Positions 49,901-61,700 of a DNA stretch of 64,000 bases are shown here, piece after piece. Each line of letters opens with the position of its first letter. Position 1 is the first letter of the stretch. The notes below the pieces were generated by a model that saw only the letters and a list, made by a program, of their open reading frames with translations, did no database searches and was not told where the DNA came from. Location of the stretch: positions 1 through 64,000 of the IMG/VR virus record IMGVR_UViG_3300036985_002432; one strand, written 5' to 3'. The translations under genes were made by a program, and so were the position numbers. The DNA comes from a virus.

Positions 49901-52772
49901 CCGTAGAGAATACTATGAAGCATTAAAAGATCAAGAGTTTGATAAAAAAGAAGATAATGATTTACTTAATGGTCTAGCTAGTAGAGGTTTATATATTAGT
50001 GTAGATGATTTTCAAATGTGGCAACAGTTTGGTATCACACCAGAAGAGATTTATAATGATGTAAATAAAACTGTTATTAAAAGATCACATCCAGATTATA
50101 ATGAGATTATAGCACCATTTGTAAATATTGCACAAATGAGATCTAAAAAATCTAATACAACTGTTAATAGTGAAGGAGTACAAGCTGAGTTAGATAGACT
50201 TGAGCAAATGGAAGCTGCACGGATTAATGAACTAGAAACTTTTGAAGTAAAAACAGAAACAGGTACTTTAACAGATGTAACTATTAAAGAACTTAATGAT
50301 AATTTAGAAGCAGGAGAATATGCTGATACAGAATATACATCAGAAGAAGATGTACCAGGTAATCTAACTTTATATAAAGACATAGATATACTTAAAGTAG
50401 AAAACATTGATGGTGCTCCAATTGATATTAAAAGCTTTAGAGCACTATATGGTATTAATAAATTTGATAAAGTAACAACTTATACATTATCAAATCAACC
50501 AAATGCTGATGAAGTTGAAATTATTAAAAATGAATTTAATAAGTTAAGACAAGATGTAATTAATAAAAGTATTCAAAAAGGTACTCAAGACATGGAACCA
50601 ATACTTGAAAAACCTATTGAACTTATTACTAATGAAACTCCATTGTCATCAATGCCTGTAGAGTTAAATAATAGTTTAGTAGCAGCTTTTGAAGATTTTG
50701 CTACATACAATGATATTGATATTACAAATCAAGATGACTATGATGCAGCAATTGAATCTTATATAAGATCAAATTTTGAAGCAGCTTCCATTATTGAAGA
50801 GTATAATAAGAATCAACAATTAGAAAAAGCTACTAAGTCTACAGATGAAGGTTATGAAATACCAAGATTAAATATTGGTAATGAACTTGTAAGTGCAGAA
50901 GACTTATCTGAATCTGTTTTAAGAGGATACTTAAAAAATCATGAAGTAGGGTTAGCAGAACTTGAAGCTAAGCCAGATAAAACATCTGAGGATGATTTAC
51001 AAATTAGTCAGTATAAATTATTTATATCTAGATTAACTGATTACTTAGATAGAAGAGCTCAAGAAGGTTTTTCACCTGAACAAAAAGTTACTGTAGATGC
51101 AATACAAAAAATAATTACAGAAAATGCTAAAATAAAACGTACTCCACTAGGATATGAATTAGATGGTGTTGTAATGGAAAGAGTTACTAATGTAATTAAT
51201 CAATTTAAAGAAAAGTATCAGCATGTAAATACAGATGAGATAACTATAAGTTTTAAAACTACATTACAAAAAGAAGGACTTACAGCAGAATCAATAAAAG
51301 CTTTTATTGACAATCTACGTGTACAAAAAGGATTAAGTGGATTTAGTGAATTTACATATACTGAAGTAGAAAAAGAATTAACAAGTATATTAAACAAAGG
51401 AGAAGAAATAAGTAATGAAGAATTACTAACTACAGTATTAGGACTTGTTGCTGAAAAAACTAATGAAGCCTCAAGAATTGCAGGTAACTATTTAGATGAC
51501 CAGATAAGAAATTTATTTGATAATAAAGCTACAGTATTTAATGAAGATAACATAAGTAAAGAAGCTTATGATAATCTATTTAATACAGATCCTGATAATC
51601 AAGGTTACTTAGTTGATATAAAAGAATTAATAGATAGTAAAGGATTACATATTATATCTAGAGGTTATGGTAATAATGGTGTTATCTTATATGATAAAGA
51701 AGCTAAAGTGGCAGGTGAGGTAGATTTACTTGCTGTAGATAGATCTGGTAAAGTATTTATTATTGATGTTAAAACCGGTAAAGCTAGTAAGTGGAATAAC
51801 TTTAATAATGAAAATGCTAAGTTCCCACAAAAGCCTGGGTACACTTTACAGCAATTAGCATACTCTAACTTGTTATTTAATTTAAGTGGCCTTAAAGCTA
51901 ACATAAGTATCTTACCTGTTGAGATTGATTACAACAAAGAAACTGGTAAAGTTACTGATGCAAATAAACCAAAGTCAAAAACTTTATTAGAACCAGGTTC
52001 ATATAGAATTCCTTTATTCCCAACTCAAGAACAAATAGATCAAATTGATTCTGTTATACCTAAGAAAGCTGAAGCAAAAACTGAAGATGATGTACAAAGA
52101 GAAACTTCTGAAGAAGGAACATCTCCTGCAGTAACTGCTCAACAAGAAGGTGCTCCAAAAGAAACTGAAACTGGTGTTGAACCAGAATTAGCAAAAGCAA
52201 TTAGTGTAGCTAGTGTAGAACAGTTAGCTGTATTTAAACTAGCCATTGCAAAAGCAATTGCAAAGAATGCATTTACTAGTGAAGCTGTTAAAGAACTTCA
52301 AGATTTACTTGATATAAGAGAACAAGAATTAGCAGAAGGTGCTGTTACTAAATTAACTGAAAATAATATTGAAGTTGATACAAGACTTATTTCAAAAGAA
52401 GTTATCTTTACTGGTAAAACAAATACAAATTTATTTGCTAGTCAAGGTTCTGAAGTAAGAGTTGTCTCAATTAATCAAGATAAAGAAACAGTATTATTAA
52501 AAAGTATTGGAGCAGTAGTAAGACAGAAGACAATAAGTTTTGCAGAGTTAGATAAATTGTTTATATTAAAACAAACAGTTATGGAAGGTACAGAAACACC
52601 TATAGTTAAAACTACAGAGAAAGAAAAAGAATTTATTGAAGAGTCTTCAGATAATGTTAAAAATCTTTTAGTAGATTCTGCAAGAAAAACTGAATTAAAG
52701 AATGAAATAAAAGGTATGTCAATAGAACAATTAGACACTGCCTTATTTGAAGATATAACATCAGACTGTTAA
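46971..52772 (+). CDS. Giant putative ejection protein with hydrophobic N-terminal region and C-terminal PD-(D/E)XK nuclease domain
   Basis: Gly/Ala hydrophobic segment near 47650-47780; AGEVDLL...IIDVKT...YTLQQLAY near 51710-51865. Confidence 0.75.
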   Translation: MAESNTPFSSLDALGSGYGGIEAPNLDEKSLSPFEGERLSMPTPDFSKSQHFVPVVPGSDNLDNKQQPIHQVVGNPAQKPATSKRLSPKEFGKALAAKGDAVIQANQDKNEYSRIYSYDAGPGGNAFYDRYKAYGQETFDKIGFHPFRDNEAIFNAGTSGWQDTKRMMSHAFWPLFSRGFVSGPKSLAKMFQGDFSADTEDAEFYSRAAAIGNSTKGGVGGFLNNTAMSFGYTAGIITEAVLEEALAIGVTAVTGGGAAPAAFVATANVGKNLARGLRGLEYAADGMKAVNATIKGVESVGAARRFWNAARESTAITKTARFLNPLEHLTDAAVKIAKNENNLTGLARLTDAGRKTVGGFYGEVRGINMALSEARLEGGMKQNDVYNKLYDTYYAKHKEAPSDALQQDMMNTAKEAGISTLQWNTALIFMSNKIVLDNIVGVKGRGASFLAAKTKDVLNLEGGKIARTTVKQTLKSGKKILAPVLNWRKQTLVNTLKSFAKDPIRKSVTGGISYFKKNITEALQENAQDVIAQATESYYIDSFSNDKLATYDYAMGLTKSAIKGQFTGQGFETFASGFVMGMFAAPLNGVPHLLNIGYNKVKNPKEYAKYAAIRDTYGKNLVNELSNVDMADFWNANAIGLGMQAGAETVRLTGTEKQSRDAADASFNKAMIRAADNDMLFHYKETLESYKDLTAEEFEEAVPSIPAGEGAKYLEKLDTVISKIDRIEQKHEYYKKNFPNPINLSQLNKNSADYNDAVTTHHAWNVAVGNAVFLNGSFDNTMERMSSIVKDITSNGPLKKATFNDINVLFDNKKLINEVDMLETNIESLKTLPKTAENTSKIAIQTKKLETLKNYRDELNVYLQLDRNKKNIIDKFKKENPDASIEELEEEYDEVHSEQKDKLEAVYKDYLKVLAKESNDHIFNKDIDESFVKLIDFHSLENESQALVENINLLHNPKEFVEHVQRNKVWMKDLYDNRREYYEALKDQEFDKKEDNDLLNGLASRGLYISVDDFQMWQQFGITPEEIYNDVNKTVIKRSHPDYNEIIAPFVNIAQMRSKKSNTTVNSEGVQAELDRLEQMEAARINELETFEVKTETGTLTDVTIKELNDNLEAGEYADTEYTSEEDVPGNLTLYKDIDILKVENIDGAPIDIKSFRALYGINKFDKVTTYTLSNQPNADEVEIIKNEFNKLRQDVINKSIQKGTQDMEPILEKPIELITNETPLSSMPVELNNSLVAAFEDFATYNDIDITNQDDYDAAIESYIRSNFEAASIIEEYNKNQQLEKATKSTDEGYEIPRLNIGNELVSAEDLSESVLRGYLKNHEVGLAELEAKPDKTSEDDLQISQYKLFISRLTDYLDRRAQEGFSPEQKVTVDAIQKIITENAKIKRTPLGYELDGVVMERVTNVINQFKEKYQHVNTDEITISFKTTLQKEGLTAESIKAFIDNLRVQKGLSGFSEFTYTEVEKELTSILNKGEEISNEELLTTVLGLVAEKTNEASRIAGNYLDDQIRNLFDNKATVFNEDNISKEAYDNLFNTDPDNQGYLVDIKELIDSKGLHIISRGYGNNGVILYDKEAKVAGEVDLLAVDRSGKVFIIDVKTGKASKWNNFNNENAKFPQKPGYTLQQLAYSNLLFNLSGLKANISILPVEIDYNKETGKVTDANKPKSKTLLEPGSYRIPLFPTQEQIDQIDSVIPKKAEAKTEDDVQRETSEEGTSPAVTAQQEGAPKETETGVEPELAKAISVASVEQLAVFKLAIAKAIAKNAFTSEAVKELQDLLDIREQELAEGAVTKLTENNIEVDTRLISKEVIFTGKTNTNLFASQGSEVRVVSINQDKETVLLKSIGAVVRQKTISFAELDKLFILKQTVMEGTETPIVKTTEKEKEFIEESSDNVKNLLVDSARKTELKNEIKGMSIEQLDTALFEDITSDC

Positions 52773-52782
52773 TAAAAGAATT

Positions 52783-55700
52783 ATGATAAATTGTGCTCTT
52801 TCCACAGAAACTGTAGAGAAATTATATAAAAATATTTTTGGCCATATGCAAGATGCTGCATCAAAGGGTAATGCATTTGATGTAAATAAATATATTAAAC
52901 ATATTTTTAATGGTAAAGCTGATAAGTCTAGACCAGAAATAGCAGCAAAAATTGTTCAGCATATACCAAGAATGGTTATTGATATTACTAATACTGATTT
53001 CTTTGAAGTAGAAGACTTTGTTGACTTAAAAGTATTGCATAAATTAGGACAAGCATTTATGAATCCTAATAAAGGAATACAAAAAATTATATCTGATTAT
53101 ACTCCAACAACTGATAACAAAATACTTAAAAGTGTAGCTGAAACTAAACTAGAAGAAGCATTTAATATTGAAGAATTTGATGCTGAAGAAGGTGAGTTTA
53201 GTGAAAGATTTAAACCATATAGTTCTCTTACTAGTACATTTCAAGAATTTTTAGCAGTTGATCCTACTTCAAAAAATATTACAGATGTTGAGCAAATTGA
53301 TGAATCTAAAAAAATAATATACACTACTCTTAGTGCTATTAAAGAAACAATGAATCCACAGCAAACTGTTGCTGATGATTTAATATATGAAGGAGTAAGT
53401 ATTAAAGTTAAGGCTATTCCTTTATCTTCTATACCACAAGCAGAACTAGATGACTATACTAGAAATTTAGTTGTAAAATCAAAATCAATAAAAAAACAAG
53501 GTACCAATCTTGAGGGTGTAACTCCAACAGATAACATGGTTGCTTTAGTTATTTCAAATGCAAATGGAGAATCTTTATATTTTGATTCTGAAGGGCACAT
53601 AAGTTCAAAAGAAGAAGGTGGAAAACTAGTGTATCAGTTTTTAAGAGATGCTAGAAAAAAAGGAAATGCATATACAGTAACAGATATATATGGTAAAGAA
53701 GATCAAATTCTTGATCCATATGAGATTGCTGTTAATACATATGACAAAGCTATAGATGGTACTTTTACTAACTATTATAACTCAATAAAAGTATCACAAC
53801 AAGAAGACTTTAAAAAAATATATGAATTTAAAGAGTCTGTATTAAAAGATAAGAAAGGTGTACTAATACCACTTTTAGGAATCAGTGATGGTTTACCTGA
53901 ATCAATAACTGGTAGTAAGTTGATGTTAAATAAAATTACTTCACTATCCGGAGTTAACCGTAGTACATTTAAATCTATAAAAACTATTCAACAGAGTAGA
54001 GGTATTTTTAAGAAAGGTTATGCAAGCATAATATTAAATGGTAATGAATTTATTGTTGATAGAGCTGATGTACCTAGTGAAATTGCATTACAAGTATCAC
54101 AAGTATTGACTAGTAAAGATTTTACTTTCTCAGAAAGAATGGATTTTTACAAACAATTTTTTAGCAATGACTTACAGGCAACTACAAGAAGACATGAGAC
54201 TGCAGGTAAAATAGAGAATAAAGAATTTTGGTTTAACTATTCTGATGAAACATCACAAGAACAAAAGCAAAGAAACTTTCTTGAAAACTCAATTAACTTA
54301 TCACAAGAATCTGTAAACAATAAAACTGTAGATGAGTTAGCAGCAGATGCCGCAGCAATCTATGATGTATTAATGTCAGGTAAAGGTGCTAAAAAAAGAT
54401 ACCCGGCTAAGATGAATTTTAATTCAGACTTACTTAAGGATGAGCGTTATATGACATATAATGTTGATACTAATAGTATTGAGTTTAAAGATTACATTGA
54501 TTTTATTAAAGATTTAAAAACAGAAATAAGTATTAATAGTGGAGATCCTGGTGTATTTAATACATATATGGAGTTTGCTTTACCTTCTAAATTTCTTAGT
54601 ACAGTTGATAAAGTTAAAGAAGAATTAAAAGAAGATACAAGTTCTGATACAAAAAAAGTAAAAGATAGTATAGTAGAAGTATTAAAAGAATCTGGAGGAG
54701 TAATTGATGCTGATGTAGCTTCTGTTAAAAAAGGTTTTTATAAAGTACACTATGCAAACTTTAAAGTTAATGTACCGGGTGTTACTGAAGAAGCTAAAGT
54801 TTATTTTCATAATAAAACTGCATTGATTTCAGTTGGTGGTAAAACTTATCAAGATCCTACATGGCCAAAAGAAGGTAACTTAGTAAGATTAGTATTAAAG
54901 CCAGAGTTAACTATACCGTCCGGAGAAATAATTACAAATGTAATTGAAGTATTTGCAGTTAATGAAGACGGGACACAAGGAGCTTATCTTGGTTCTGTTG
55001 CAGAAACTGAATACAATACAAAGAATGAAACTCCAAAGTTAGAAGATGAAGTTGAAGAACAAGAAGTTATTGCATCAGAGGAAAAAGAAACAATACCTGA
55101 ACTTGAAGATGCAGTTATCTTAACTAGTCCAATTAAACCTACTAGTAAAACATCAAGAGCTGCTTCATTACTTAATCAAAATATTGCTGGATTAGATAGA
55201 TCAACAAAATTAAGTGGAGATGTAACTGTTGAAGATGTAGAAAACGCTAATAACTGGTGGAATAGTTCACCTTTAAATAAATATATTACACTTGATCATG
55301 CAGCTAATTTAGTTAACTCAGATGCATTTGCAAGATTTACAGTAGCTGGAGCAACTCTAATAGATTCAAATATACTAGGTAATATATCTATTTATCAAAA
55401 AGGTAGTATGGTTGATGTATACCATGAGGCATGGCATGGATTTTCTCAATTATATCTTACTCAAAAAGAAAAGCTTAAATTATATAATGATATAAGAGAA
55501 TATAAAGATAAGTCAGGTAATACACCTTATGCAAATAAATCATTCTTTGAAGTTGAAGAAATGATTGCTGAAGACTTTAGAACTTATGCAAAAGATCCAA
55601 AAACATTTAAAGCAAAAGTACCTGTTCAAAAAACTATATTTCAAAAGATACTAGATTTTTTATATAAACTATTTGGAGGTAAGATTAATACAAAAGATGT

Positions 55701-58700
55701 TGTAGTAGGTAATTACCCAGTATCAGTAACTGAAATGTTTGATGCATTATATCTTGCAAGTAAAGACCCAAGTCTATTAAATAAGTATAGTCCTTCTATA
55801 GACAATGTAATGTGGGATTTACTTAATAGAGGTGTAGAAAAAGTAAATGATAGAGATATAGATGTATTAACTAAACAAGAAGCCAACCTTATATCTAATA
55901 GTATTGATTCTATTCTATCTGATTATGTAGATGCAAATCATGATGCTAGAGTTAGTAATGGTAAAGAAGTTACTAAGTCAGGTACATTAGTTTTATTATC
56001 AGAAGAAAAAGATGCGGATGGTATTACTAATAGAAGCAAAGCCTATGGTTATGTTAAAGCTGTATTAGAAGATAAATTAGATGAGCTTAATGATGAGTTA
56101 GGTACAATAACAGATAAATCATTTAGTGAAATTAAAACTATAGAAGATCTAGAAGGTGAATCTATTGCTGTTATCCGTAGTAAATCAGGAGAAGATAAAT
56201 ATATATTCTTAAATAGTCAAGTTGAAAACTTTAACAATTTAACTCCAGATATAAAACAAGGAGAAAGAGTTAAAGGAGAAAAGTATAAAGGATCAATTGA
56301 AATTATATCAGATTTTTATAAGCATAATAATATCATAATAAATGATAAAAATGTAAGTATAATAGTTGTTAATGATGTTAGAGATGCTAAAGCTCAATTT
56401 GATAACTATGTAAAAGGTGGAGCTAAAGATTTTGTATCAATTGAAATAAAAGAAGATGGTCCTGTATATACAGACTTAACTTCTGACCAAGAAGATTTAC
56501 TTGACAACATTAGAATCTTACAAAATACAATTAATAACTGGGGAGATGAGAAATCCGGAGTTATGAAATACCATGCTGATAATAGTAGATTTGACTTAAT
56601 CCGTGAAAAGTATATTGATGTAAACTATGGTGATGAAGAGTTAGATGAAGATGGTAATATTATAGATGAGACAGATGTTACAGATGGTAAAGATAGTGCT
56701 GGTATAGTTGATAAAGCTGTAGGTAAAAAATCTGCTGAACAGTTTGCAGGTAAAGAAACATTATATATTGTTAAGAGTTTATTTAAAATTACAAATGGTA
56801 AAACAGTAGATAATAAATTAGGCTTTAAAGAACTTGTAGATTTTAATAAAATTTGGGGAATACTATTAAGAGAAGTTGGTGGTGTTAAAAATAGAGAAGT
56901 TGCCTTTAATAAATTAAAAGAAGCTTCAGTAACATATGCACCAGAATTAAAACAATTAGTAGAAAAGAAATTACCGGATCCAACTAAAATTAAACATACA
57001 TCAGAATTTAATGTAAGTGCTGCTTTCTGGCAAGATTTAAGTTTATCAGATATACCTTATACTCAATTAACTGCATTCCCTGTAAAAGAAATGCTTATAA
57101 ATGAAGATACAGGATATCCAGAATCTACAATAACTGGGTTTACTATGGAAGTAACAGATGCTTCTATTGAACCAAGTAATGTTATAAGGGGTTTTCAAGC
57201 TACATTTAAAACTATACAACCTGAAGATAATCCATACATCACTAAAGTAGATAACATAACTATGTTAACTAAACTAAATGCTTTAGTAAAAAACTATGAA
57301 GACAAACACAATCCAGGTTCATTAAATATTAAAGGTTCTCTTGGATTTGCAAGATCAATTGGTGTATATTTAGATAACTTAGATGAAATAAAAAATGAAT
57401 TAGAAACTAATTCTGAGTATTATGGTCTTCAATATATCTATCAAATTGTTAAAGATTTAGCTGATATACAAGCAAAACCATTTGGTGCTAGTGCAGATGC
57501 ACAAAAAGTATTAAGAGACTTTGTAATTGATCCACTTGCTGTACTTAAAAGTAAAATACCAAAAGGTGTTATTAAAAGTCTAAAAGGTGTTGAAGTATAT
57601 CAAAAAAATATACTTGACAGACTAGCTGGATTACAAGCACAATTTGGATTAGAAACTAAAGGTAAAGGAGTATTTAATGCTGCTGGAGATATGGTCTTTC
57701 CTTTTGTACAAGACTTTTCAGTATCAAGAAAAATTGATGCTTTAAACAGTGTTGAAAATCTTACTGATTGTTGGATTAAAGATGAGTTTAAATATATGAG
57801 ATATTTAAATCCAACAATATCTAGCTTTACTAACTATTCTCAAATATTAAAAAGTGTATTTAACTATGAGACTGGTAAGATAGATGAAGGCCAAAAAGAT
57901 AGAAGAAATGAAAGGTCATTAGATTTAAGCATGGTGTCAGGAACACAGGTTGCTGAATTTAATGAAGGTACAAATACATCTGACTTAGATAAATCAAGTA
58001 AGTTTTTACAAGAAATGCACACTATGTTAAAGGGTGGACTTCAAGAATTTATTAGAGCTGCAGGTAAGAAGACATCTATTGGTGTAAGAGTAAAAGGTGG
58101 TCTTATTAAAGATAAAGGAAAAGACAGTAACTTGTATGTTGATGTTGACATGTTTGACAGTGAACAAACTGGAGACATCTATGCTGCAAATAAAATCCTT
58201 ATGCCTTATATTGCTTCTGAGTTTGAAAGAATTCAAAAGTTTAAAAACAATAGAGAAGAATTTAAAAAGTATACAGGATACAATAGAAAAGTTGGAGGAA
58301 CAAAAGAAAATCCTATATATGCAGGAGAAGTATTTACAGCATTTGATAAAGTATTAAAAGAAAAAACTAAAGAATTATTACTTAGTGAAGCTACTGTAAA
58401 AGGAGTAAATGAAACTCCAGGAGGATTAACAATTTATTTAAGAAAAAATACTGAACTAAGACAAAAAATTGAGAGTGATATCTTAGAATACTTTAATGAG
58501 CAAACATCAAGTAACTTAACTAATTTAGTAAACAATAAATACATTGATAAATCTTTAATTGAAAAAACTAATTCTCCAAATTTAACAGAACAAGAACAAG
58601 AGTACATGTTAGTTAAAGCATTTACTTATAATTCTTGGATACATAACTTTGAAACTGTAAATCTATTTATAGGTGAGATGTCACAGTTTAATCATGATAA

Positions 58701-61700
58701 AGAAAATCTACACAAAAGAAATACTGGAGCACAATCTGGTGGTAGAAAAATCTTAACTGATGAATGGGCTCAAAATTTTGTTAATGATGTTTTAAATAAA
58801 AAAAGTTATGGTGTAAAATTAGCTAAAACTCTTGGAGAAGATTATAATCAATTCTTTTATGATGGTACATTTAATACAGCTATACTTAAGGATGTAGAGA
58901 GACCTTCTATTTATTTAGATGATATAGAAGCTGGATTAAGAAAAGACTATGCATTAAGTTTAAAGGGTTCAGGTAAATCTAAAGAAGAGATACAAGAAAT
59001 TATAGATAACAATATTAAAAAAGACCGTAAAGCTTATGAAGAAATGAATGAGGCTGACGGTGCAGGATATATTACTATTGATGCTTATAGAACTCTTAAA
59101 ACATTAGAAAATAATTGGTCTCATAAACAAGAAGCTTTATATCAAGATGAAATAAATGGAAGAGAGATAACTTCATCACAAATAGAAGAATTTTTCCCGG
59201 TGTATAAACTACAGAATTATGGAGAATTAGCAAATAAAACACTTGCTCCTGTAACAGCAATGCATAAATTTGCACTTTCACCACTTATCCCATCTGAAGT
59301 TAAAGGTTCTGAATTAGAACATTTGCATAAAGAGATGATGAGAAACAATATTCAGTATGCAACATTTGAATCTGGATCTAAAGTAGGAAATATTACATCT
59401 AATGGTGAACCTGATCAAATATTTACTGATGATACTCAAACTAAACTAAAAGATAAATTAACTCTTACAAAGAATACTATATATTTAGAATATCTTAAAA
59501 ATGTTACAGAAGTAAATAATAAATTTAAAGGTAAAATTACTTTCCCAACTCAATTAAGAGGTTTAATACTTGATGGTTTATATGAACAAGGAGCACTTGC
59601 TTATGATAAACATGCTGCATTAGCTAAAACATATCATGATGACGTTGCTAATTACACTGAATTATTAAAGATTGAATTACTTGATGAGATTCAATGGGAA
59701 GAAAAGAATGGAAAATATACAGGAGAATTTACTAAGTTATTATCTCTAGTACAAAAAGAATTATCAAAAAGAGATATGCCAGAACATCTAGTTAAGATGA
59801 TTGGTGTTAATGATGATGGTAGTCTTAAAACAGATTTATCTTTACATCTTGAAGCTGATACAATTGAAAAAATATTATTATCAGTAATTAATAAAAGATT
59901 AATTAAACAAAAAGTTAAAGGTGAAGCTTTTGTACAAGTTCCATCAAGTATGTATAATGGCTTATGGGATACTAAAGCAAATCTTAAAACTGCTACAGAA
60001 GCAGAAAAAAAGAAATATTTAGGTTCAAACAACTTACCATTTTATAGACCCGGAGAAAATGGAAATACAGATGCAATGAAAATTGCTATTGCTTTCCAAG
60101 GAGACTTCATTAATTTATTAAATGTTAAATTTAATGAAGAACAAATTGGTACTCTAGAAAGATTAAATGAAGCTATTAAAGATGATAACTGGTTAAACAC
60201 TGGAGACAATAGAAAATTAATTACATTATCAGGAGCACGTATTCCAATTCAAAACTTAAACTCATTAGAATTTGCTGAGGTATATCATTTCATGAATCCT
60301 TCAGCAGGTAATAAGATTGTTGTACCATCAGAAATTGTTGCTAAATCAGGATCTGACTTTGACGTTGATAAGCTTTATTTCATGATGCCGCACATTGATG
60401 GTAGAGGAAATTATGTTAAATCAAGTAAGACTAATACAGAATTATCAAAGGAACTTGCTTCTTTAAAAGGGAAACTGGTTACTGATAAGACTGCGCCAAA
60501 TGCAAAGGGACTTATAGGTAAGCAAAAAGCTGCATTAGAAAACAAAATTATTGAGACAACTGCAGAGTTACTTGCAATACCAGAAAACTATGCATCATTA
60601 GTAAGACCAAATGATACATATTTATTAAAACTTATTGCTGATGACATTCAAAAATATGTTACAGAATATAATAGATACAATGTAGCACATGGTGAAACAG
60701 AAAGAGTTAATGCAAAAGATGATACTAAAAGAGCAATATCTCCTAGTACAACATTAGAGATTGGATATAATCTTGATAAGCATGATAAAAATATGACAGC
60801 AAAAGCTGCATTAGGTATTGATGCTCAGGATAATAAACAACACCCAATATGGAACTCTGTTGGTGCTAAAATGCCAGCTACATATAAAGAATCAGACTTT
60901 GATGATGTAACTAATACAGCAGTAGAAGGTGAAGATGATTATGATGTACGTTTACTTGTAAGACATAACACATTGATAAACAAGAAAGGCCAAAAGGTTA
61001 TTTCTTTATCACATAGATATGACCAGGATAATGTACGTATTGCTGATACAAGATCACATAAAATGAATGGTCAACTTGATGCTGAGGCAGACCCATGGGT
61101 AGCTGATGTTCAAGCAGATCTTGAGACTACACCTGTATTAAATTATTTAATGAACGCAGGAGTACCATCAAAAGATGCTATATATTTTGTTGCTAATCCA
61201 CTAGTAAGAGAGTATGGCCTTCAACAAAAATTATTAAAAAGTACATTCTCTACTATTATTAATAAAGCAGTTACAGAAGAAAATTTTGTTCAGTATAAAG
61301 CTGCAGATGCAGTAGTTACTAAGTTTATACCTTTTGGGATACAAGCACAAATACTTTCACAAATAGCAAATATTAAAATTGATAAGTTTTTAAATAAACT
61401 TAAAAACAATGATACAGTATATGTAAATACAAGTTTTAAACAACCAAATTGGAAAGAAATAAGTGTTAAAGAATTAAAAGCATTACTTAATACAGATAGT
61501 AAACTATATGATAAAATTGCTGGATTAATTAACAAGTCAACTCATTCAGTTTATAAAGCTTCAAGATCATTAATAACTAATGGTAACTACTATTATGCAG
61601 CTAAAATTGCATCTGAAATGGCTGGTATTAAACCAGGTCAATCATTTAGTACAGAAGACATGATATCTATTGTTGAGAAAGGTGCTATTAAAGAAAATCA

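Noticed and set aside
870-61535. Numerous short minus-strand and nested plus-strand ORFs in the track
   Set aside because: They lie within or overlap long, well-supported + genes and have shadow-frame composition (F/S/L/I-rich)
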